64,000 nt of DNA from Thermoplasmatota archaeon (GCA_025457865.1 JALOTP010000016.1:516-64515), one strand, 5' to 3'; positions 50,601-57,879 are shown, numbered from the stretch's first letter. Program-made: numbers and translations. Notes: generated by a model not told the origin, from the sequence alone.

Positions 50601-51745
50601 ACTTGCCTGAAGATCGAGATTCTGGATTTTTCGAAGATTATGATTATTACAGCGACTACGATCACGATGGTTTAACAACTTTAACCGAAAAGTTCTGGCT
50701 GAACAATACTATATTGTTTAACAATCGACCATTGAACTGCGGGACGTTAGACTCGTCTTTATGGGATAAGGACGGTGATAATGTGAGCGACGGTTGGGAG
50801 ATAAAATACGGATTCGATCCGTGCGATAACTCAAGCCCGAACAAGAACGATGACGGGGACCAGGACGGGATCAGTGATTACAATGAATATTGTCTTGAAG
50901 ATACGCCTGGATTTTTCGTTGATAGAAATGTGACCATAAAGTACCATAACATGTCAAAATGGGGAGCTCAACCGGACAGGCAGGATATCTTTGTTGAAGT
51001 AGATTGGATGAAAAAACATATTAAAACATATATTATGATGCCTCAAGGAAATGGTGAATATAAGAGAATAGATGTTGAATATGATATTGAATATAAAATG
51101 TCGGAAGAAGCAAAGGATAAGGTTATACTTGCCTTTTTTAAGGCATGTAAGTATGGGAATCATATAACATTGCACATCGACGACGGATGCATGGGTGGGG
51201 GGGAAACAATCCCATATCAAGAAATAAATTATATAGATATAATACCTGGAGTAAATAATGATATATATGATATAAAGTGGGGTAATGATTGGAATATTAC
51301 ATATAAAGAAATTGGAGAAATTGAAGATATTTGCACGTTAAATATGGGTGATAATAATAATTTTAATTATGAACGTTTTAGAGTATTTTATTATTGTGTA
51401 TTTGATAAATGTTTAGAAAGCAATGATAATACTATTCAAAATATCATTTTTAAAACGCATCTTGGACAAAGTGATGGATATGATACATTTTGTATATCGA
51501 AAGGTCATCCAATACTAAATGATGGATATTATGATGGATTAAATGTAGCAGGTGTTTTTATGCATGAATTAGGTCATTGTTTAAGTTTGAATAGAGATAG
51601 TGAAGGTGTTTATGGGTTTGACGTCTTAGGTCCAAAAACTTGTATGAATTATAGAGATATTTATGACACCATTGATTATTCAGAAAATGAATGGAGTATG
51701 CTTGATTTATTATCGAAAGCTAATCCATTAATAAGGAGATATTGA
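38645..51745 (+). CDS. Giant secreted or anchored multidomain protein (4366 aa): parallel beta-helix repeats, a discoidin (F5/8 type C)-like domain, CBM-like modules, a beta-propeller-like region, long runs of TSP3 calcium-binding repeats and a C-terminal HExxH metzincin-like module
   Basis: The N-terminal hydrophobic segment is ISLMIMLLIISLFAAVSVTG. PbH1-like repeats include NVIVKANQTGIGIEVEDGG... and NNGIGVITNNSLPVILNNVISDSG. A discoidin-like segment lies at about 40170-40520 (YDGVWDTAWMSG...VREFEIYG). CBM-like modules include YIEAEHLSG...YKLNVRARS...VDRITLTK. Dozens of DxDxDGxxDxxE repeats are present. DIFVEVDWM is at 50984-51010 and HELGHCLSLNRD at 51563-51598. Confidence 0.9.
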   Translation: MSGRGVNRKLMDISLMIMLLIISLFAAVSVTGENGSLDPIRAYTGVHIDLGLYDDTTSDFEFMSRSNARTIRLSSKSSKEESVSFEIGKVSLEMKRVQVSDENGKGTDRSTLFGNEKTKDSRINDPVGSNKLVLKNAEHLNVEYSTTITGLKETVIIEGPPMNLTSDLIIKTKIGLSGEINPEKASKYEWTEGTGPDLVLKDGMGTGLRLPNPILYSSPSIVMTDSGPVKIKETVHRQELKYRYYYGKDHLDYEVVVPFELFDQDLVYPLYIDPSIVSFEGYAEYEGYPNGSVAFRDGTDTAWYHNVDRTVYLESDVTVGASETLIFRNVIVKANQTGIGIEVEDGGSFGVYDETVMTVTDVCDGYSILMKDGSSCQIMNSTVEKAKTGTGVDIGSSDVTVYNSTFRFNGDHGLLVNQSVPIIFDSMFYEEDIGIRILPFSNAILSGNRINNTGIGIEHGSSNIFDDLSTSDNIEKMIGTEHVNGHVEYKIVPENYALTCPSVTVDSTYSSFVKGNMYDGVWDTAWMSGTTEPHYAIFDFSPDQINLTSFKIYHYSGAYRLYDYQVQTWSGSGWVTQFNVDNNGQTLTTHTLGSIVSSQKVRLYITDSTPSSDARARVREFEIYGDDDGEDTHYMLTRPIPVYGPTIFGSLVLDKVEPGESKVYVSILDGETNTTIPGFDELDGTNIDLRWINTTAHPTIKVKAQFVRDGDDEPYIDSWKLYFSTYRSESCDLDSYSDLSDHSDIDLFGGKAHLSGEDLILDEQWGEGWDMYWTVQELYDGGDCYPVIDNWEGSGNDLYIEGKCLTPSPGHDGEVIVSRYFGEVHPNCTLDIHFTGQIDSSIYNYADMMITLYDQSNSTKRQIRWTTRDYSYNGGLSGDTYYIVAQEEDPTTPYANEVTIDSTIEDLFVGYFGEEFNFTTYRYLKIEVLSLENYNQRQNPKVYIDHVRLSNLTMFGSGTTNTFNRDLTETWAYLVFNGDRNDTGDIRLSLLDPSTGSVISGFDGLTSYTTDISSLNDQGILSFQVQFELFYDISAPDLDWITVFTNPLFVGNEIVNNGIGVITNNSLPVILNNVISDSGTIGIHVWEPRTDAIDDSEMSFILSGNVIEDNPLGMFVENTSVNISLTDFIDNDVTIRVHGSSFKMNGGTVQGNGNRMYINNSLAEFTESWFNGSVFDFESRYSRVVFNGVIRSNNDPEQVELVHSTMVFIDVEDYMDIDRTLDGYSVLYCNWSYSFDITPRYDETPAGASALIYNKTGDLVSTVDITDDCQLTGTISERIITQSYESYETPHNFKIGSKNDIYLYMVSPQYHSIYYCYDSDADSIADIAEKDEGKYLFESEDLVCEDKVYELGAVERSTDENIVPIDIHIQEDDLEELEFSFAVRARSINVSADRSFTIDMDDGTIPIDETFEVTPDWRWYQTSWSPTYLAHITGEIRDDDSMSVEIDRFVLLKKNDDTDENPPVLGSPLISDMDDDGLFDGYERTQNGVYIEAEHLSGVTVVSNTTAINSKFGQSTIFSFNVNIMNAGEYKLNVRARSETTETMWINDGNNGSEELTDQFRWFEIGIGYGSTGEKNIKISSNSTVIDVDRITLTKVSDVEITKLSGNVVNVPQWGLATRAEVYYTSESEVRSFDNPDRGTISSLDVDGNLSVYASPNGSDDDITGYNLTTGREYDIEVGSDVHSFKPSISRGEVVYHDDEGTYGGNIWYCDLRSGPDALDPMMISTEGGISYKGYDAKISDGTVVWHSDTGDELYVRFMDSMSFITIEDAGYDIGNFSIYGRTVAWISVDENEYKVRMADVGILADVQERDSEYTGLTPHIQTIAETTNTIFRSVDIYGTSIVYMESNVGLSKLMLYDRMSNTSNCIYAYTSNITYTKPVQIYGSYVCWQETTANYYIKVMEIGSSVQTWTQPSTIATCSLYSGQVYFTYSSSNQIKGYVQDYSFIVDEAWSNTHLPFFTSENVAISVHSTDDLSSELNEALLASQANIESISTEERRTDIVIGLDHDYGTSLTMTGVRISMDSLTDPFSSDVDMDGLTDGEELLGWYNQTIIEVEDTISFKEWIEPDCGKEHSVFTGLAAMFYRYSPMFYVDGVDLMTGDYRYNKDEGDNEFWTNTSSGMAFELPDLGSGKYKVMTVQNERIKSAYSDLDDAEIMNKRPAMEVRGSESDTFGTGNSDLYEELYKLNDTELEYIGYVLDEILVFDYVGSSGENMSVLSETRDYQVLWCYIGRLVDSPHEYYDEESENDLMFLGFQMDYEAEINLGGPSSYRLEIRFDLDLLPDNLDPLLKGTLGEASLVPDGFPVERFNFMRMVNLDSIIIAGHGLNPISEDTDLDDLDDGVEVYLDTFPLTEDGDKDGISDYDEVITYETRPNKRDTDFDGIRDPVELGILSGSLIRTNSVGSWFERKVRNGDYFDLANVSNVDADEGATDTEPTVIDTDRDGLPDGWVDGWGYYGGYFSGLGTSGSMYSTSNWRGGLGYDCLVQVYEGEDIDLDGEVDDELTDWDFDGLTFEFAGSGTAECDPNTPDSDEDHIPDGYEILYGIQEPFLGSSGEFILSPTEGDSDHDLDPLGRDVLSGITPEEPSHFQTVTSTNTRYAQEIVPLTPPDDIKKLAWVGVLVDSEDEVQCIEIWSGNNSGGGEPRDKLKTIYGYEAKEEGEDLTNYIFKVPQGIFFNGLRVGDVFYLVVPYTGTNIDWTNRSDGAGKTCYYSGSGWTELTSIDLCYTLYCHDLVGEGLTNLEEYIIGTDPKDRNSDVGYLGYNDDDLSDFEETVGYFGNGGSGLGEDEVLARTNVENGTLSFDRLLSGSYLSSHKIYYNENPASFDVNEYDYYDNGTEFNCSSLEIVNVFKLRDGSDVIKVTIDEDDYLIVWDTLCLDEEERTVEGTNTIIHCEYIRFISDGSVSATYSIDLSFIGQDIFFSEPCSYDSDWDGILDGEEIGWNDNSDGDYTLRELSQLGTDLVYNVRDRDSDNDGIDDGDEIDWNLTNDGQGLDETDMRENMVDPDSDGDGIWDGWEREYYSDQDSDGLENGIDPDSDNDGLCDGWGDGYIWDSYSGSFVQIYSSGKVYNPSGQVDNMFDLWEGEDKDRDGILDGNETDHLRPDTDCDGLWDGWDVVIDDVVHRGELYETGNTAFDSLMQISGFDYNRVYKPNTPSWEQSGSTNSSDPDTDTDGISDGEEVNGWDLRLEIRYVDPSTNSITRTVMDSIVSDPTLADRDSDGLSDWEEYSNGSLPYETDSDKDGLGDYKECSAWFTSPSDFDTDKDNLPDGWIDGWRRVNATVWKSDRTKNSQREVWEGEDIDGDGVLDALESNPRYRDTDNDHIIDGHEYFHMNITSVMDPWSQVPGTARYYWSYDADGTSNARDNDSDGDGLLDGLEDWNLDGKLEASLSGSTYPNYVMAKESNPYDTDSDDDGLDDGEDVIVGGILYNRADPDGDGVISSMDRDSDGDGELDDEDPNPLYYGDQDNDGDGLSYQMEQVLGLSDNDADCDNDGIRDGDEVKNGTDPSDEDTDDDGLTDGYELVTSRTDPLKYDTDNDGISDKVEYINMSSGLDPFDPDVDDDGLSDGNPFEGVRDYSLNVKQKAQWTNSDSNFETILGEPFTYNFNDEDSDGDGLKDGYEIGIMDKDGNLIGDMNKSVIDGDTDNDRVKDSVETWLNLDPLNYDTDGDYVPDGWIDGWTRNKDGTWHLDKSLRDGVKDLHEGESICYDGTVTFMVQREINANSGTKTDTEGDTLPDWLDRWMGANPDSTDTDGDEVTDNLDLEPLINSNIHFSFFLKSFFVMDDTSLDFPNDKPDPLFTCDLQSRGTFTDSWKDSDHGGAEIAERKVEKGYCNDPCDQYGSDYLYKISRGFVVQNLPSDHYQLLFAIRMYDKDSCSADDQVDISPCSSYTLEVFYDVVTGMWAVWDDMSVIRETSYNTYLNDPDNLKEGVYLYKNQNDSYTVIRETEKGTPVAGIGDGIGYVTGFEPGSKDLKEAGGIQFEIAPMYLPEDRDSGFFEDYDYYSDYDHDGLTTLTEKFWLNNTILFNNRPLNCGTLDSSLWDKDGDNVSDGWEIKYGFDPCDNSSPNKNDDGDQDGISDYNEYCLEDTPGFFVDRNVTIKYHNMSKWGAQPDRQDIFVEVDWMKKHIKTYIMMPQGNGEYKRIDVEYDIEYKMSEEAKDKVILAFFKACKYGNHITLHIDDGCMGGGETIPYQEINYIDIIPGVNNDIYDIKWGNDWNITYKEIGEIEDICTLNMGDNNNFNYERFRVFYYCVFDKCLESNDNTIQNIIFKTHLGQSDGYDTFCISKGHPILNDGYYDGLNVAGVFMHELGHCLSLNRDSEGVYGFDVLGPKTCMNYRDIYDTIDYSENEWSMLDLLSKANPLIRRY

Positions 51746-51746
51746 A

Positions 51747-52313
51747 ATGAAGATATTCATTAAAATATATCCAGTATTAGTTACAATTATTTGTTCTTTG
51801 ACAATATTATCTGGATGTATTATAAATAATGATGAAGACTATTTTAAATCAATCAGTGTTATATATATGACCAATGAAATAACATTAAATATTAGTGATT
51901 TAAATTATCCAAATAATGTAAAACTTTTTACTATAAATTCAAAATTTAATAATGGAGAATATAATATGAAACTTGATTTTTATAATAATAATAATTCACT
52001 CAATATTGTAAGAGTAAGCGAAGTTATGAATATTCGCTATATAAAACCATTTAAGCAATACTATTTCAAATTTGAAATTGATAATTACTATTATGATATG
52101 GAAAAATATGATATTATAGGACAAAATAATTCATTTGATGGTTATTTAACTTTTGATAAAGAAAATAATATTCATTGGAATATTGAGAATAAATATACTG
52201 GATATTATAATTTTTCATTAAAAGATAACAATATACTAATAATAAAATTATTTCCAAACTTTTATAATTATAATTTGTTTTTTTCATTCTATTTATCTAG
52301 GACTTTTATATGA
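51747..52313 (+). CDS. Small lipoprotein-like protein (188 aa), translationally coupled to the giant gene; candidate cognate partner (inhibitor or immunity protein)
   Basis: The ATG lies 1 nt after the giant gene's TGA, with AAGGAG at 51733-51738. The signal plus lipobox-like motif is MKIFIKIYPVLVTIICSLTILSGC. It is extremely AT-rich and N/Y/K-rich. I recognised no family. Confidence 0.65.
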   Translation: MKIFIKIYPVLVTIICSLTILSGCIINNDEDYFKSISVIYMTNEITLNISDLNYPNNVKLFTINSKFNNGEYNMKLDFYNNNNSLNIVRVSEVMNIRYIKPFKQYYFKFEIDNYYYDMEKYDIIGQNNSFDGYLTFDKENNIHWNIENKYTGYYNFSLKDNNILIIKLFPNFYNYNLFFSFYLSRTFI

Positions 52314-52381
52314 TATGATTAAAAACTCTTGACTTGAAATAGTGACAAATATCTCCCCCACTTCACAACTAGATTTAGTGT

Positions 52382-52539
52382 GAGTTGATCCATTGGGATT
52401 TCGACGGATTGATGTTCGAGTATTCAGCCTGACCTCGTCACATAAAGTATAGAACCCGAACTCGCCCGATTCGGATTAAGATGACATGCCCGACGGACAC
52501 GATATACTGAATGTTATCTGTGCCTTTATTGGATAGCGG
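52382..52539 (+). pseudogene. Decayed leader of cassette B, homologous to giant-gene nt ~46148-46310 but carrying stops and a frame change
   Basis: It translates as ELIHWDFDGLMFEYSA*, whereas A reads ELTDWDFDGLTFEFAGSG. After a frame change it reads NPNSPDSD*DDMPDGHDILNVICAFIG*RLSS, whereas A reads DPNTPDSDEDHIPDGYEILYGIQEPFLG. Confidence 0.7.
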
Positions 52540-55500
52540 TTGTCATCGAATTCTGGACCCCACCATAGGGATCTCGATAACGATCTAGATCCGTATGGTC
52601 GAGACATCGTGATAGGAATATTACCGGACGAGAACAATTATTTCGAGACCGTTACCAGCACGAATGTTCGGTTTGCCCAGGAGATCATACCACCTAACCA
52701 TGAGAAAGACCTGAGGAAGGTAGCTTGGATAGGAGTATTTTCAGACAGCGAGGATGAGATAAGATGCATAGAGATCTGGAGCGGGTATGGGGGTTTGAGT
52801 GGTGAGCTCCGGGACAAGTTGAAGACGATCTACAGTTATGAGTTGAAGGAGGAAGGAGAGGAACTGACCAATTACATCTTCAAGGTGCCCCAGGGAATAT
52901 TCTACAACGGTTTATCGGAGAACGATGTGTTCTATCTTGTCGTGCCTTATACCGGTAAGAACGTTGATTGGTGCAGCATCAATATAGATTCTGGAAGAAC
53001 GCTTTACTATTCCGGTACAACCTGGAGCATTGTATCATCCAACATAGACCTATGCTATGTTCTCTACAGTCATCATCTAGAGGGAGATAGCTTGACAAAT
53101 CTTGAGGAGTACATTGTCTGTACTGATCCGAAGGACAGGAACAGCGATGTGGGTTATCTAGGTTACAATGACGATGTTCTGACCGATGGTCAGGAGGTAA
53201 GGTCATATTTTGGCGGTGGTGGAGAAAGCACCGGAGAGGGAGAGGTTCTGGCCAGAATTACCGTGGAGGAAGGGGCGATAAACATCGATAGATTATTGAG
53301 CGGAGCCTATCTCAGTAGTCACAAGATATTCTACAATGAGGACCCGTTGAGCGATGATTACGTGGAATATAGTTATATTGACAACGGAACCGAGTATGAG
53401 TACACGACATGGGAATGCGTGAATGTGTTCAAGCTCAGGGACGGGAGCGAAGTCACACAGGTAACGGAAGGGAATGACGAATATCTGGTGGTATGGGACA
53501 CACCGTATCTTGATCAGGAGGAAGTAACGGTAGAGGACCAAACAACGACGGTACACTGTGAGTTCGTCCGGTTCATAAGGGTTCAGGAGATAAGTGCGAC
53601 CTATACGATAGACCTCTCGTTCAGGTGCCAGGATATCTATTTCTCAGAACCTTGTTCGTATGATTCGGACTGGGACGGGATACTCGACGGAGCAGAGATA
53701 GCTTGGAATGGGAACTCGGACGGGAGTTATACTGGAAGGGAACTGACCGAGTTGGGAACCGACTCAGTGTACAATGTCCGGGACCGTGATTCGGACAACG
53801 ACGAAATAGATGACGGGGACGAGATAGAGTGGAACGAGACCAATTATGGCCAAGGCCTAGACGAGCTTGACAGCAGGGCGAATATGATAGACCCCGACAG
53901 TGACGGAGACAGTGTCTGGGACGGGTGGGAGAGGGAACCGTTATCCGATTACGATCATGATGGTTTCGCGAACATGGAAGACCCTGATTCCGATAGTGAT
54001 GGTCTTTGCGATGGTTGGGTGAACGATTACGTATGGGACCCTCAGGCCGAGTCAGGATTGGGTAAATTTGTACATGTGACCGAGTCCACAACGTTCAGTT
54101 TCAGTACATCCAATTCAAGCTTTGACTGGTGGGAAGGCGAGGATGCGGATCGGGGCGGAATGAGGGAATTGACAGAGACCGACCCGTTGGATGTTGATAC
54201 GGACAATGACCAATTCTGGGACGGTTTCGATGTCAAGGACATAAATGGAGATTACACGAGAGGCGAGATGTATATTCGTGGAGGGTACATATCCGGGTAT
54301 GATTATCAAAGGACGTACTTTACAGAACAGTCTTCAAGTACAGACCCTCTCGATCCTGATTCGGATGGAGATGGGATAGAGGACGGGATGGAGTATCATG
54401 CATGGGGAAATTACAAATATATGGAGATAAAAGTACCTACCGGTCAGGGAATCGTCATGGCCGAGTATTACGATGTCCGGTCCGACCCTTCAATAAACGA
54501 CACTGATAACGACGGGTTAAAAGACGATGAGGAGTACGAAGCAGGAACGTTGCCCAATGCAACAGACAGCGACAGAGACGGTATCCTAGACGATAAGGAA
54601 GTAATAACCGGGACAAATCCTAAGGATTGCGATACGGACGGTGACGGAATACCTGATGGTTTTGTTGACGGTTGGTGGTTCGATACGTATGAGAAGAAAT
54701 GGTTCCTGAACGTATCGAGGGTAGATACAGAAGAGAACTACTGGGAAGGGGAGGATCGAAACTGCAACGGTATCTCTCAGAGCTCTCTGAATGAAACGGA
54801 TCCGACCAGTTCCGATTCGGATGACGATGGGATCGAAGATCCGTTTGAATATTTCTTCAACCTCCAATACGAATGGACGGATCCCGAAACGGATTACGAT
54901 GTGGACGGAGTCGGTATGATCAATCCTCTTGACGAAGATTCCGATGGCGATGGATTATTGGACGGAGAGGAGGACTACGACCATGATGGGGAACTAGATG
55001 CGGTTGTAGGTACAAGTTCAGACAATCCCTATTTTTCATCTGCACAGGAATGCAATCCATATTGTTCAGATTCTGATGGGGACGGTGTAGAAGATGGTGA
55101 TGACAGCCCGTATGAGACCATGGATTTGATTTGGCGTGGAGACAGTGACCAGGATGGGTTGATAAATGCAATGGATAGCAATTCCGATGGTGATGACTGG
55201 TCCGATGATGTCGATCAAAGACCGTTAGTGTATGGAGCTGAAGGAGACACCGATGGGGATCAGGATCCCGACAATGACGATGACGGTATTCTGGATTGTA
55301 ATGAGGACACTAATGGGAACGGATATTACGATGAGGGTGATGATACATCTAACTTGAACAGTAACGATACAGATTTAGATGGATTATTGGACATGGTAGA
55401 GTTCGTGTTAGGAACGAATTTGACGAATGTTGACACAGACGGGGACGGATTGACGGATTCAGAGGAGAATACGATTGGGACGGACCCGAAGGTACCTGAT

Positions 55501-57486
55501 AGTGACCATGATGGAGTTAGGGACGGGACCGAAGTGATAGATTGGAAGACTAACCCGTTGAAGAAAGACAGTGATGGAGACGGTCTAGAGGACAATGACA
55601 CATATGAGCGGAACATGGACACCGATGGAGATGGGATCAAAAATGCATTGGACATAGATTCGGACAACGACGGATTAACGGATGGTAACGAAACGAAATT
55701 GCATCAGACGGACCCAGTTAACAACGATACAGATTCGGACGGATTACTGGATGGACAGGAGTTATTATTCTACTCGAACCCAAGAATGAACGATACAGAT
55801 TATGATTTGCTTCTCGACAACGATGAATATCTGAGCGGAACAGATCCGTCCAAGAACGATACGGACGGTGATAAGACCTTAGATAGATGGGATGTTGAAC
55901 CGACAGTGAGCGATCTTCGTTTAACTTTAAACGTATATGAAATGAATGCGTTGGAAGAAGTGGATGTATGGCCATGGCAAGAGCCAGAATTCAGGTTAAC
56001 AGTCAAGTTCGAGCAATTGGTCCCTTGGACCTGGGAAAAGCTGAATAATGATGGTGACAGTACTTGGTATGTGGATAATTACAATATACAGGAAGATAAA
56101 GCATTCATAACGGACAAAATAAGTCCCAAAGCGTTATGGATAAAGGTATCTATCGTATTGGATGAGATAGATAGTTTGAAGAATGACCGGTGCGACATCA
56201 GTCCACAAACGGACCGGACATCTGTTACATTGTATTATGATCTGAGGACATCGCTTTGGAACGACCTTGGAGCGTTCAAGCATGAAGAAGATTGTCAAGT
56301 ACCTCCTGGAACAGAGGAATTTGTTCAGTATGAAGATTTAGAGGAATATAAGTTCCAAGAGGGTTCAGCCAGATATGAGGGGGAGTATGGGATATTCGAG
56401 ATGGATGACGATATAGGGTACATTACGGGTAAGTATGATAGGGCGAATAAGAACAATGATGATTGCGATATATCGTTCGGGATACATCTGAACGATAGAG
56501 ATAGGGACAATATCACGGATTATGCAGAAAGGATGTATTGGGGAACGGATAGAAGTGATTGGGATAGCGATGGTGATAAAATGTCCGACGGTTGGGAGAT
56601 AGTGCATGTTCGAAGTGCTGTAAATAATTCAAATGGTGGAAAGGATAGAACAACCACTAACGATCCTGATTCTGATGGAATTTCGGATCTGAACGAGTAT
56701 GAGCTGGAAAGATTTGGGGCACATCCGAGAAGGAAAGATATCTTTGTGGAGGTTGATTGGATGGTAGAAGAATACTGGGTAAGCAGCGTTAATGAAGGTA
56801 ATCCAGGTGGTGATAATTCCTATTTGTATACAAAACCTTATAAAATGAAATCTCGAGCACAATTCCTTGTGATCAAACCGTTTGCGAAGCATAACATTGG
56901 ATTGCACATAGATGACGGATGCATGGGTGGGGGAAAACCTGTTGATTATGAAAAATATTTAGTTAGCGGCCAAGTTGATCCTAAACATCCTGATTACCTA
57001 GATAGATTGGATATTAAATGGGGTATAGGTTGGGATAGTGGTGCAGATGGAAAACCAGGCACAGGTGACTCCGGTGAAAGTAATGGAATTCTTGATGATT
57101 CTGAAAAACCGCATTTAGCTATGAATAATTTTGATATAAATCGTTGGCATGTTTTTCATTATGTAGTTTTTTGTGATAAAATATGGTTTGATTGGGGTTC
57201 AGGTTTTAAGGATGATTGGCGGGGATTAGGAGAAACCCCTGGTGATGAGTTTATGATAAGCACAAATCAGGAAAAATACACTTTTATGCATGAACTTGGA
57301 CATAATCTGAATTTGCATCATCCGATTAATAAAAATGGTTCGTACTACTATTCTGATTATAATACTAAGAGTGAAGCAAAGAAGACGGTAATGTATGCTC
57401 CCTCATCCAGCGCAACCGGTGGTTACACCTATGATAAATTATGGAAATATATTGACCTTACGAAATTTACTACTAATCTGGACTAA
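52540..57486 (+). CDS. 5'-truncated paralog (cassette B, 1648 aa) of the C-terminal third of the giant protein, with an intact HExxHxxxxxH module. Probably an orphan or silent cassette rather than an independent gene.
   Basis: It is colinear with residues ~2555-4366 of the giant protein: DLDP.GRD, IEIWSG, TNLEEYI, FSEPCSYDSDWDGILDG, the TSP3 run, DIFVEVDWM at 56737-56763 and HELGHNLNLHH at 57289-57321. The only start is a TTG. It has no signal peptide, and the upstream homology is interrupted by stops. Confidence 0.75.
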   Translation: MSSNSGPHHRDLDNDLDPYGRDIVIGILPDENNYFETVTSTNVRFAQEIIPPNHEKDLRKVAWIGVFSDSEDEIRCIEIWSGYGGLSGELRDKLKTIYSYELKEEGEELTNYIFKVPQGIFYNGLSENDVFYLVVPYTGKNVDWCSINIDSGRTLYYSGTTWSIVSSNIDLCYVLYSHHLEGDSLTNLEEYIVCTDPKDRNSDVGYLGYNDDVLTDGQEVRSYFGGGGESTGEGEVLARITVEEGAINIDRLLSGAYLSSHKIFYNEDPLSDDYVEYSYIDNGTEYEYTTWECVNVFKLRDGSEVTQVTEGNDEYLVVWDTPYLDQEEVTVEDQTTTVHCEFVRFIRVQEISATYTIDLSFRCQDIYFSEPCSYDSDWDGILDGAEIAWNGNSDGSYTGRELTELGTDSVYNVRDRDSDNDEIDDGDEIEWNETNYGQGLDELDSRANMIDPDSDGDSVWDGWEREPLSDYDHDGFANMEDPDSDSDGLCDGWVNDYVWDPQAESGLGKFVHVTESTTFSFSTSNSSFDWWEGEDADRGGMRELTETDPLDVDTDNDQFWDGFDVKDINGDYTRGEMYIRGGYISGYDYQRTYFTEQSSSTDPLDPDSDGDGIEDGMEYHAWGNYKYMEIKVPTGQGIVMAEYYDVRSDPSINDTDNDGLKDDEEYEAGTLPNATDSDRDGILDDKEVITGTNPKDCDTDGDGIPDGFVDGWWFDTYEKKWFLNVSRVDTEENYWEGEDRNCNGISQSSLNETDPTSSDSDDDGIEDPFEYFFNLQYEWTDPETDYDVDGVGMINPLDEDSDGDGLLDGEEDYDHDGELDAVVGTSSDNPYFSSAQECNPYCSDSDGDGVEDGDDSPYETMDLIWRGDSDQDGLINAMDSNSDGDDWSDDVDQRPLVYGAEGDTDGDQDPDNDDDGILDCNEDTNGNGYYDEGDDTSNLNSNDTDLDGLLDMVEFVLGTNLTNVDTDGDGLTDSEENTIGTDPKVPDSDHDGVRDGTEVIDWKTNPLKKDSDGDGLEDNDTYERNMDTDGDGIKNALDIDSDNDGLTDGNETKLHQTDPVNNDTDSDGLLDGQELLFYSNPRMNDTDYDLLLDNDEYLSGTDPSKNDTDGDKTLDRWDVEPTVSDLRLTLNVYEMNALEEVDVWPWQEPEFRLTVKFEQLVPWTWEKLNNDGDSTWYVDNYNIQEDKAFITDKISPKALWIKVSIVLDEIDSLKNDRCDISPQTDRTSVTLYYDLRTSLWNDLGAFKHEEDCQVPPGTEEFVQYEDLEEYKFQEGSARYEGEYGIFEMDDDIGYITGKYDRANKNNDDCDISFGIHLNDRDRDNITDYAERMYWGTDRSDWDSDGDKMSDGWEIVHVRSAVNNSNGGKDRTTTNDPDSDGISDLNEYELERFGAHPRRKDIFVEVDWMVEEYWVSSVNEGNPGGDNSYLYTKPYKMKSRAQFLVIKPFAKHNIGLHIDDGCMGGGKPVDYEKYLVSGQVDPKHPDYLDRLDIKWGIGWDSGADGKPGTGDSGESNGILDDSEKPHLAMNNFDINRWHVFHYVVFCDKIWFDWGSGFKDDWRGLGETPGDEFMISTNQEKYTFMHELGHNLNLHHPINKNGSYYYSDYNTKSEAKKTVMYAPSSSATGGYTYDKLWKYIDLTKFTTNLD

Positions 57487-57495
57487 GGTGATTCT

Positions 57496-57879
57496 ATGAA
57501 AAAACAATTGGTTATTTTTTTCGCAATTATTTGTATAGTTACATTCATAATAGGTTGTCTAAATGAAAAAGATAACAATACAAATCCCAATGAAGAAACT
57601 ACTGAAACCTATTTCAATTTTTATTCATCTTCATCAACAATTGATGATAATGTTTCTATTGTAATAATAACGAAAAACATCACTGTTTTTAATGATACAT
57701 TAAAACTTAATAAAGGAGAGAAGATTTATCAGGAAATTGCTAGTGGGGAATTATATATTATAAAAATATTTTGGAAAGGAAACCTCACAGAAAAAGAATT
57801 TTTACCAACAGGTTATAATTCAATATTTTTAATAATTAACAATTATGAAATAACTTTTTATGAAATAAATATTGATTAA
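57496..57879 (+). CDS. Small lipoprotein-like protein (127 aa) coupled to cassette B; unrelated in sequence to 51747..52313
   Basis: The ATG lies 9 nt after the TAA of cassette B, with AAGGTGA just upstream. The signal plus lipobox-like motif is MKKQLVIFFAIICIVTFIIGC. One hand-counted line gave ~23% GC. Confidence 0.65.
   Translation: MKKQLVIFFAIICIVTFIIGCLNEKDNNTNPNEETTETYFNFYSSSSTIDDNVSIVIITKNITVFNDTLKLNKGEKIYQEIASGELYIIKIFWKGNLTEKEFLPTGYNSIFLIINNYEITFYEINID

Noticed and set aside
38645-51745. Possibility that the giant protein is an Rhs/YD-repeat or CdiA-type toxin
   Set aside because: I saw no YD/RHS repeats, no FHA/haemagglutinin repeats and no VENN or PxxxxDPxGL motif. The analogy is only in locus architecture.
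52540-57486. Treating the 1648-aa ORF as an ordinary independent secreted-protein gene
   Set aside because: It starts only at a TTG and has no signal peptide. Homology to the giant gene continues upstream through stop codons. It is kept as a CDS-like cassette with that caveat.
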